NCBI GenBank assembly: GCA_977020255.1
Contig: CDROCS010002686.1
Coordinates: forward strand, 248,001 to 312,000
Direction of reading: 5' to 3'
Source: Obrimoposthia wandeli
Lineage: Eukaryota
DNA: 64,000 bases
Shown piece after piece: positions 22,809-32,480 of the stretch (within the stretch, counting starts at the first letter, position 1; each line of letters opens with the position of its first letter). Made by a program: the position numbers and the translations under genes. Under the pieces are notes generated by a model. It ran no database searches and was not told where the DNA came from. It saw only the letters and a list, made by a program, of their open reading frames with translations.

Positions 22809-23225
22809 TTATTTTACGTAGGTCCAGGTCTCAATCTTCTCCAGCTCCTCGGCTGACAACTTATCCAGGATCCCAGTTGTATGACTCGAGAATTTAGCCC
22901 ACGAGGCCGCTGTATGTTCGATGGTTTTCAGGGTTAGTCGGATCTTGATATCCTTGATCTCCTTTGCTTTAAAACCAGCATTTGCAAAGATCCGGTTATT
23001 GATTTCAGGCCAGAAGCCGAGAGTCCCGATCCTTAGCGCGTAGAGTTGCACGAGTTTTTCTGGGTGGCGGGTCTTTAGCATTTCAACGAGCTCCGCGTAT
23101 TTGGACATAGTTTCGGTGAGCCTCAGATCAAATGACATGTCAGAGTCAAACGGGATCTTGATCTCTATCAGCATCACCTTATAGTCAGTCTCGATCGTTA
23201 TGTCTGGTCGTGGTCTGCAGCTGTT
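22809..23225 (-). CDS. Restriction-like (PD-(D/E)xK) endonuclease domain of a non-LTR retrotransposon, in frame with the pPolB N-terminus
   Basis: CRPRPDITIETDYKVMLIEIKIPFDSD...KYAELVEMLK..VQLYALRIGTLGFW...; ends KIETWTYVK*. Confidence 0.8.
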   Translation of the reverse strand, partial: NSCRPRPDITIETDYKVMLIEIKIPFDSDMSFDLRLTETMSKYAELVEMLKTRHPEKLVQLYALRIGTLGFWPEINNRIFANAGFKAKEIKDIKIRLTLKTIEHTAASWAKFSSHTTGILDKLSAEELEKIETWTYVK

Positions 23226-24957
23226 TTTACTCAAGTTATTAAGATGTTCAAATCTTGATATCGCAGTTAATTTAACAGGAAAATCTATTCCATGATACTG
23301 CAATTCATTTAAAAAAGGGGTATATTTACTGACACGCTCTCTATGTTCAGTAATTACACCCCTTTTGAGGATGGCCAACACGCTATACAGAAAGCAAAGT
23401 TTATCACTGTTTTGTATGTTAACAATGGAACGTGAAAGTTGAAGAGATCTAGGTGAAGGAATGTATGAACTCCCTGAAAGATATATCATGTCAGTGAACT
23501 TTGTTAGGACAAAGCTAACATCATGAATTCTAACTAGAGTCCATCCACTACTTAACTCGCTATAATTAGCAATTTTTTCATCTAGGTTTCTTCCAATTTC
23601 AGTTACAAAATTATCATAGAAAACAGTTGCTTTATGTGAAATTACCCAAGTTTTAGTTTCCTCATTGACATTTTTAAACTGCACTGTTGCGCAAAATTGA
23701 ACCTTAGCCTGTCCTAATTTAGTCACTTCTGATTTTAAAAGATTTTCAATATTTGAATTTACACCTACGTTTAATAAAATTTCATTTCCTAATGGCACCT
23801 TAACTATAACATATTTATTATTTAGGTGATACTCTATAGTAGCACCGTTTTCTCTACGTTTTTTTGGTGGGACCTTATTAAGAAATTGGCCTCGCCTCTT
23901 TCTTCCTATAGTCGCTGACAAACCTCCCCCTAATTGAACGGGAAGACAACTAGTTATATTAATCGCAGCTGAGGTGGAATGTGCTGCTTTTGGTGATGCT
24001 GCCGATGTTGAGGCAATTGCAACTGAGGTGGAAGGTGCTGCTATTGGACATGCTGCCGATGTTGAGGCAATCGCAGCTGTAGTAGTAGATGCTGCTGTAA
24101 TAGATGCTGCTGTAGTAGATGCTGCTGTAGTAGATACTGCTGTAGTAGATGCTACCGCATATTACAGTAGATGCTGCATTTGAAGTAGGAGTAGCTGAGG
24201 TAGGAGCTGACCTTGCCGATGAAGAAGCGGCTGTTGTAAAGGTTGATGCTGCTGAAATTTTTTTTTTAAAATATTATTACCTCTAAGACGTGCTAAAATC
24301 GATGTAGGCACTCGTGATGGGGGAGGCATAGCTGTCGTAGCGGATTACGGCTGTATCACGGTATTTCCTGAATAAAAATTTTAAAAAATATATATATAAT
24401 TACAATTTATAAAAAGAATCTAAAAAATAATAATAAAAATACCTAATGAAGGCAACTGGAGCTGGAATGAAGTCCTCTTCATTTATGGAATCCATCCAGC
24501 TGTCGTCCGTTATCTCGACGAAATCGGATTCCTCGATGGTCTCCAACCAAGAGTTATCGCTCCACTGAGGCTGCTCCATCTCGAAATCTGACTGGGTGAT
24601 ATTTTCTATCCAGTCATTGTTTGAGAATTGGGTTGCTGGCGCCATCTCCTCAAAATCTGTTTGGGATATGTCATTCATCCACTCATTGTTAGTCATTTGA
24701 GTGGATGGTGCAGCAGAATCAGGATCCGGGAGAGAAGGACCAATGGCAGGACCGTAAACGGGTTGAATCACTGCAACTGGAATTGGAGCAGGTGCTGGAG
24801 CGTCCTGCGAATCGCGCACTAATTGCACAATATCCCTCTTCTTGTTGTTGGCCGTGAAACAGGATAGATGAGCTCGATGTTCCCTCTTTCTTAAGTCCCC
24901 TTTCTTCTAATTTATTCTGATCTTCGTTACCAAACTTTGCAATTTAATGAATTCCAT
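23226..24957 (-). pseudogene. pPolB 5' region: N-terminal extension (acidic repeats, Ser/Thr/Ala linker, QLGGG site) and terminal-protein-like region; putative introns 24442-24368 and 24280-24252
   Basis: ATG 24957 in frame with ORF 24828-24400; SGSSYIPSP..IVNIQNSDKLCFLYSVLA..ERVSKY..GIDFPV..FEHLN is the canonical pPolB N-terminal block; GT-AG short introns; stops and frameshifts. Confidence 0.7.
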
Positions 24958-25039
24958 TTTTTAATTATGAAGAGGTTAATAAATTTGAACCTATATATAT
25001 AAATTTAAGATATTTTTAATCCAATCACAGGCAATTACA

Positions 25040-26986
25040 TTATATGAAATTCATTTTCGGCTTCTTCGGTTGGTTTGTAGCAATTGTCCTTCCCTCAGGG
25101 TTTGGCAATATTTGCTGCAACGTTTTGGGAGGAGGTGCAGCCGATGTTGATGGCCCCGACATAGAAGCAGTAGCCTTCCTCTTCCGTGGAGCTTTCTTCT
25201 GTTTCTCCTCCTTCTCACGCTGAAGCTGGCGTGAGACGGCATCCTGTTGCCTAGCGAATCTGGAAGCATTGCCGGTGTATCCAGTTCCGCCAGGAATTCG
25301 TCCAATCCAGCTTCATCCCAGGTCCTCTTTAAGTTCTGGCTGGTTGTGGGACGAGGAGAAGCCGGTAATGTCTCCTGCAGGCGTCGTTGACTTGATAGCG
25401 GACTAATCTCGATCGGTGAGACTGGGATCCTCTCGTATAGAATTGTACCGTCGTCCACTGGAGATGGGGGAATCTCCTGCCGTTCAATCACCGCCTCAGA
25501 ATAATGGCCAATTGAGGTGCTACATTTTTTTGAGCGCCTCGTCTTCTTCACATCTGCTCGCTTCGTCCGTTTCTTGGGAAAAGGAGTAATTTCTCCCCAA
25601 GCCTCCTCAATTATCCAGACAGGTTCCTGCAAAGAAAACATTAATAAAATTTTTAATAAAATTCATTTATATAAAAAATATTTAAATATCTAAAATTTTA
25701 CCTCAATAATCTGATACGGAATTTTTTCCTGCCGCTCTATCGTTACTTCGGTCGATTTGAGCAGACAAGATTTCGCCTTTCTAAGACGCCTCGTCCTCCG
25801 TACAGCAGCCTGCCTCGTTCGCTTCTGCGGGAAAGGATAAATTTTGTCCCATTTCTCCTCAGTTAATTGTATTGGTCCCTGACCCAAAAAACATAAATAA
25901 AATTTAAAAATATAAATAATTTACCTCGATGACGGGCAGGTTAGCCTGTTTCGCCAACTTGGCCTTCTTCCGATGGACCGTGTGGGTTTTGACCCGATGG
26001 CGTCGAGGTTTCTTAACCGCCTCTTGTTTCCTATCGCCGGGTAGTCTGAGAGTTGCCTCCTCCCAAATTTCCTCCACCAATTCGGCTTCCTATGTGAATA
26101 ATTAAAATAATTAACTAATTTATAATAATATACCTCAAATTTAGCCGGAGTCGGTAGGTATCGCTGATCACTCCTGGGATCATCCTGGCTATATTGACTC
26201 GCCAAGTACTGCGGTTCAATCAGCCTCTCCACCGTAGTCACTGACGGTGCCAAATCCAGTTAAAGTTTCTAAAAATGAAAATAAAAAACATTTTAAATAA
26301 ATTAATAGACTAACCTCATTCGTCGCCTTTATTCTCCTAACAGGACGTATCGGAGATTGCGGTCTTTTGAACGAATCAGGCACCATATTGTCGGCTATCG
26401 GAGTTGGAGTTGTAGAGGGAGTGACACCATCCAAATCGTCGGTGAACAGGCGCCACTCGTCCTCGTCCAATTCTGCCACCATCGAATCGTTGGCTCCTGG
26501 GGCTCCGATACTTGGCTGTATCCATTCGTCGATGAATGGAGTCAAGTCCTCCTCACCATCCGACGGAACGTCATCGGTGAATAGCTCCTCGTCTGAGTCT
26601 GGTGCGAGTACTATCTCCGGCTGAGACAGCGGGATCAATTTCCAGGGGCATTTGATTGCTGCCTCAAAATTCTGGAAGAGATTGGATCTCCTTGCTGCTA
26701 CTGCTGAAGTTGCCGGACGATTGGGTTTTGTGTTTTGCCTGGGAGTATAGTCTTCCCAATTCTCAATCGAATCCTGACTAGTCAGATCGATATATTGGGA
26801 TCTCTGTATACCACCTGTCACGCTCATTGGTTCTTCTCTCGGAGTTGAGCTGGCCAATGGCGGTTCTTCTAGCAATTTTTTCGCGACCCTGTATATGTGT
26901 TGCTCGTCAAACCACCGCTGGCCCGGAGGGCACGCTTTGACCCACTAAACGGCCTCCCAGAACCTTCCTCACATTTTTGGGAGCAT
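25040..26986 (-). pseudogene. Five-exon Polinton gene (26986-26315, 26268-26134, 26089-25925, 25878-25702, 25626-25040) encoding a disordered protein with basic repeats
   Basis: Four GT-AG introns (46, 44, 46, 75 nt), all phase 0; exons 1-4 are 672, 135, 165 and 177 nt (multiples of 3); three premature stops and one frameshift. Confidence 0.8.
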
Positions 26987-27056
26987 TATGAGATTTTAAA
27001 TTTTAAAGGGTGTTATATGGGGTTAATTAGTTTTTGAGTGTTGGAAAGGGGGGTAG

Positions 27057-27159
27057 AAAATTTCACTCCACATACATGCACGAAATTTCACTCCACACAC
27101 ATACACGGTTTTAAAAGACAGAGGGGGTGTGTGGATTAGACTGGACACATCCACTTACT
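27057..27159 (-). repeat. Right terminal inverted repeat
   Basis: Reverse complement AGTAAGTGGATGTGTCCAGTCTAATCCACAC..CTCTGTCTTTTAAAACCGTG..GTGGAGTGAAATTT. Confidence 0.9.
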
Positions 27160-27165
27160 GTTGGG

Positions 27166-27400
27166 CTTTCACAAACTCAAAGGAACATTGACTAAGATGG
27201 TTCATGCAACATTGTTTAAGGAGAGAAGCTCAAAATGTCACGAATTGTCTGGTCAGATGAGACTAGTAGTCATTTGTCTCAAATAGACGGAGGAATCAAA
27301 TTTTGAGTAAGAAGTGGGGAAGAGGATATTAAATGAGCATCTGGGACTTTGGAAGATATAATTAAGACATAATCAATATGCACACAGTGTATTTATTTTT
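27166..27400 (+). mobile_element. Tc1 transposase fossil, 3' continuation
   Basis: The empty site reads KWLG|FHKLKG in frame, then IVWSDETSSHLSQIDGG..VRSGE, matching Tc1 VxWSDE..DG..RRxGE. Confidence 0.7.
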
Positions 27401-30400
27401 ATCCTACAATTGCACTCTCAAATCAGAAACATCACATTCCATTTATTCCATTTTTGTATTATTTGGCTAATGGATTGTTAATTATTTGCGGCAGTCATAG
27501 TTAAGTACTTGTATAGATAGGGAAATAATAAGGTCATTTGGTGCCATGTGCATCATAGACAATTTATGACTTCCTGTGATCATAAAAATAATATTCGGAT
27601 ATCCATATTGGTGAAATAATTGCGCATCCTGACGCCCGATAATGATTCCGAAACTATGATTGCAAAATGTAATTTACGGTTTCACATGATTTACTGGAAT
27701 TGAATATTATTTAAAATATTACTACATATCGAAGAGATTACCCCTAGAAACAGACATACCCTAAAATATTGTGTGTATGCATAATTTTCTGGCTTTTCGT
27801 AAGTTGTATATGTCATTGTAGGATTTTTTTTCATATTTAAAAAATTAATTATTCAATCTACAGTATTTTTAAAATGACTGGAAAATCATGTACGCCTAAA
27901 ACTCAATTAAAGATAATTAGTTTTTCTGAAAGTGGAAATAGCGTGTCAAGTAGAATTTTTCCAATTATGAAATAGGATTTATTATCGAAAATACCATGCG
28001 AAAAAAAGAGCTAGACGTCGTTGATCCCACTTTTGGCCAGATTTAGAATGTGATTTAAAAGCTGGATTATCGCTCAGACAGATGGAAAGTGGCTTTCTAT
28101 CGTATTGATTAAGACCGGAACTAAGGGTATGGCACATTTAATGTCCTTAACTGATTTTCAGTCTTCACATTGTTAGTGTTATAGGTGTAATAATGGTTTT
28201 AAGTTTAAATGTATAATCGATGTATTAAGGAGTAAAAATCTATATATCCGTGCTCTTAAACCAACCGGTCAGATTCTTTCATCAAATCTAGAAGAACAAT
28301 GACTTTTGACATGCAAGTAAGTTTCCTGTGGATCAATGGGGTATTCTGTATCACTGCTGATGGAGGCAAATTATCTCTCAAAAACATGCTTAGTGAAGAA
28401 TTTCCAAAATAAATGATCGTTTAAGTTTATTTAGGGTAAATTATCATCCAACGTTAGTTGTTATACTAGGAGGTTTAACAACAAATTGCAACATTCGAAT
28501 ATATCGGGGAATAAGTCATTTAAAAATAAAATAAATAATTGGATGATTTGTGAATTTCATGAGTATACAAAATCCGGTAAAAAATAAAACTGAGAAATTA
28601 GGAATTTGTATCAGTTATTAGTTGATTGTGTTCAAACTGGATTCAGGAAGGCAGGTATTATGGACAGTAAAATGTTAAAAACTCTTTGATTGATTGTTTA
28701 CAGAATGTAGAATTTTGATAGTTTATAAAATAAGTACATTTTTTATCTATCTCTTTAATTAGTATAATGCGCATGATCGTTTTATGAGGAAATTCACTTT
28801 TTTATATGATGCCATGTTATACACGAGTAGGGTAGCTTGTATTTGGAGCGTAGTTAACGTAGGATAACGGTTGAAAGTCATAGTCAATTTTTATAAAAAT
28901 AACGCAAAGAAAGGAAAAGATTTTACTGTGAATCACTTTGAGGTATTGGGAATGAATTGTGTGACATAACCAGTTTGTAACCTCACGACACCTCTCAAGA
29001 TTAAAAACCACAGTAAATGGCAAAACAAGAATATCACGACGACAAATAAATCATACAATGATAGTCTATCAATCAGCAATACATTGAAAAGGATTGCAAT
29101 GCGAAACAACTGAAACATCGGATGACGGCTTATGAATTTCTCATCGAACTTGAGAAAGTCGTTTCTTTTGTTTTTAATTTGAGCTTCTTTGAAAAGAGGG
29201 ATAAATTTTCTCTTTAAATAACTAAAGATTCAGTTGTTACGAATGATGAGTGTTACTTCGATTGTTTCGAACTTGTTTCCACTAACAATCCAAGCAGTGG
29301 TAAGAATAATTCCCTACTCGTGTGTTAATGTAGTGCACAATCAGCTGTCATGGTATCAGTGAGCCTTTCATACAGGAGAGTATTGTAGTTGATCGCCTCG
29401 TTCAAATGTAATCCGACACCTCGATCCAGTTTGGGCACTGCTAGCGGCTGCTTCACTGTTGGTCTCTATTTAATTATTTAAACTTCAAAAAAGAAGTAAT
29501 TCAACATTTACGTCTTTTCAAAACTTTTTTTCCCCAAATATTAAAACGCATTCTTAATTGAAGAATCCGATTCACACATTACTTGGTCACGACGCTTAAC
29601 ATATATAATTTTAAAACTACCCATAATTTTAATAACTTGATTAAAGTAAATTTAAGTGAGAAACAGAAGGACAATTTTTAAATGATAATTTATAATTAAT
29701 GATTATGAATTTATTCACAAAATATTATTTGAAAATGCCTTAAAACTTATATTTGAAATTGAAAGTAAATGTGAATGACTGAAGGTCATATACAAGAGAC
29801 ACCTTGCTGAAGAATATTGTCAGGGACCCTTTTCCCAACTGACAACAAAAATCCGGATTTGTACATATTTTACCTTAGCAGATCTTATTATGAACATTTA
29901 AACAGAGTTTTAGTTTGAAACAGCGGTTTCACAATTATCATGAAGTCAAAGTCAAATAGTACATATAAATGATGAATAATATAATAAATTTGACGTTGTT
30001 AACCAATTTAAGTCGGTACTTTAAAAGAAAAGTAGAATTCATATCACTTCCATTCATATGTCTTTCTCCTGGGAGAATTTGGAAAATGGTTTCTGGGCAT
30101 CAACAATGTGTTTAGGGAAATTCTGAAGCAATAAAAATTGAATTCAAAATAGTAAACAAAAGAGTTCATGTGATCATTCAAAATTTTTGATTGGTGCAAT
30201 ATTTTCTATGGACTCCTTATAATTCTAATTAAAAAAAACTATTTATATCAGCAGTGAATCTTGATAAAATGTAAATAGATTTTTTAAAAAATTATATTTT
30301 TATTCTATAACAATTTAGTTAGCAAAAAGCTATTTATATATTTGGTTTTTAAGTTAAAATTGGAATAAGTGTAACCCCATTTTACAATTTGAAATTAAAC

Positions 30401-30559
30401 TGAAAATGTTGCGCAGGCGGGGGTTGCTTGTTACATTTATAATTAAACATTCATCTTGTTTTTTACAATCAGATAATAGTGCAACACAAACTATTGATAC
30501 AATTTCTTTATTTTTAAAATTACGATAGTTTATGCTCTGTTTCAATGATTAAAAAACAA

Positions 30560-31830
30560 ATTGATAATGCTGATTTATTAGAAGAGTTCTATTAAAGTCT
30601 ATATGAAGACGGTGACCACCATGTATGTTCTATTAGGTTTGATTATTTTTATAATGTATCAGACGTTTTGTTAAAACTTTATAAATTTTGGCCATGGCTA
30701 ATTAAGTTTGACAAAAACTTTTCTTATGTATGGCTATTATAATTCTGACTTCCTTAAAAATGTAGAAACTAATGTTAATGCAGAAATTGTACTTATATGG
30801 CTGTTTCCAATAGTTTTGAATAGCTTTGTAAGTATGCTTATTCGCTTGACGGTTTTCTTCTGCTTATTTGTGTTTACATGATCTCCATTGGTAAGGACAA
30901 TTTCAATTTCTGTTTTTCTTTCCCCCTTTTTTACTTCGACGCCCACTTCTTTCATAGTCAAGAACACTTTCGGTGTTTTTAAAGGGGCTGACATTTTTAA
31001 TATTAGTGTTTTAGGACAGATTTCTATATTTCTGAACAAAAGACATTTACGAAAGGCCAATAGAAAATAAATACTTTTTGCTAAGATTAAATCTTGTATA
31101 AGAAATTTGTAACTGTTTCTTAATAAACGATCATTCTTGTAACAAATTGCTTTGTTAGGTATACTTTTTCTCATTTTCACCCGATTGAGTGTTTATGGCG
31201 TCTGCTGGTGGTTGACAAAACTTTAATGTGTTAGATATCCAAATTATATGCTTTCATTTTTTTTTAAAATTCGAACATGTTTACGTTTTGATAAAGTCAC
31301 AGTATCATTTGGATTATTTTGTTTTTTAAATTGGTCAAACAAATACCAATCTTTAAATTTCTTTTGAATTTTGATTCTTTAAATGCTTAAAAACAGAGGA
31401 CGGTTATAAAAGTTATTAAAATCTTCACCAGCAATATTAGCTGTATATATTTTTTTGCGAATTAATAAATACAGTGGGTAAATTTTTTTGTGGAACTTAT
31501 GAATTTAAGTTTATCGATAATGACAACTGTTCTACAATTTCTGATGCTTTACTTAAAAATTGATTTAGCGGATATCTTTCTGTGCATGTTTATTTATCTT
31601 TTATCACTCTATTTGTGGCTTTTTAACCGTTATTAATGCTTGGATTTTTACAACTTGTATTTTGAAATTGATGCATAAATAAATTAAATAATTTGAATAC
31701 TATTCTTTTAAATTTTTATAAATATTTATTTTTTTTTCTTATCAAATAAGTAATTTTCTTGTCAGATGATTCTTTTTTCTAAATCTTATCTATGTACATA
31801 TTTTTCGGATCGTTGCAATACAAGCCTAAT
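30560..31830 (-). mobile_element. Degenerate MULE-type transposase
   Basis: Long stop-riddled frame with PSINNG*KATNRVIKDK*TCTERYPLNQFL (PSTNNxLExxNxxIK pattern), a degenerate KHV SWIM-like segment and a KMRKSIPNKA tail. Confidence 0.5.
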
Positions 31831-31899
31831 AATAATAATAAAAATATTATATTTAATGTTGCGCTATTATCTAATACATCTATGATTTATTACTTAAAA

Positions 31900-32480
31900 A
31901 CACTTCTTGTTTTCCATTATTTTTTGTAATATTTTCTGAATATTAAAGTCTTCATGAATTTTTCAAAATTGTTGCAGTTTCTTATATTTATTAACAAATT
32001 GTTGTAAAGATTCAAGGCATGCATTTTAAATATTCCATTACTATGTTTGATATTTAAGAAATTCTTAACCAATCTGATGTCACCATCGTTCTTAAGATGC
32101 ATATGCATTCTCACTGCACCAGACTCGAGAAGATAATATAAATATTTGGGCCTTTGTTGAGAGAAATCTTTTTTTTATTTTATGTAGGATCTTGAATTCA
32201 ATTCTGGCATTGATCGATAGCTAATCGAGCTTCATTAAATATTCATATACTTTAATTTAAATATAATTCTGACTGTTTTGTTTTAAGTTTTTGCAAGCTA
32301 TTTGAATGATAAGTTGGAATATTAAATATTAAATATTTTGAAAATCAAGTTTTGATGTAAAATGGCATGCGTTAGAATTGTAGTTATTTCAGTGGCAAAG
32401 TATATTCTTATTAGATCAACCTTTTTGATATGATTGTTGCATGTTTTTATCACTTTAATAATTTGGTAGTTCATAGTAAT
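31900..32480 (-). mobile_element. L2/CR1-type LINE 3' fragment
   Basis: NKTVRIIF..LSINARIEFKI..YNNL..NIRNCNNFEKFMKTL; homologous to 38520-39099 and 57990-58180. Confidence 0.65.

Larger units (their letters stand above)
21967..23225 (-). mobile_element. 1,259-bp retroposed insert in pPolB (5'-truncated R2/NeSL-type non-LTR sequence plus downstream module)
   Basis: REL motif RPDI...IEIKIPFD...KY..L..IGTLG.W; AATAAA plus A-rich 3' end; TAAA at both junctions (23229-23226, 21966-21963); removing it rejoins the pPolB frame (NNLSK|YNTDIP). Confidence 0.8.
12209..27159. mobile_element. Full-length, decayed Polinton/Maverick (adintovirus-like) element, 14,951 bp
   Basis: Ends AGTAGGTGGATGTGTCC...GGACACATCCACTTACT; GTTGGG at 12203-12208 and 27160-27165 (6-bp TSD); contains pPolB, integrase, ATPase, major and minor capsid homologues. 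Confidence 0.97.

Noticed and set aside
22520-22897. Hydrophobic plus-strand ORFs (22520-22897, 22626-22856) resembling membrane proteins
   Set aside because: Products of the GTT/GGTT microsatellite and poly-T, antisense to the insert.
22809-23921. The 370-aa ORF as a natural PolB-nuclease fusion gene
   Set aside because: The TAAA duplication, poly(A) end and frame restoration on excision indicate a secondary insertion; kept only as an accidental fusion.
23974-24183. VVDAA-repeat ORF on the plus strand
   Set aside because: Antisense of the ASTTA linker that is in frame with pPolB.
26357-26624. Plus-strand ORFs 26357-26584 and 26367-26624
   Set aside because: Shadows of GC-rich exon 1 of the five-exon gene.
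12209-27159. Excess C>T/G>A nonsense changes as targeted hypermutation (RIP/APOBEC-like)
   Set aside because: Consistent with ordinary AT-biased mutation; a substitution spectrum would have to be computed to claim more.
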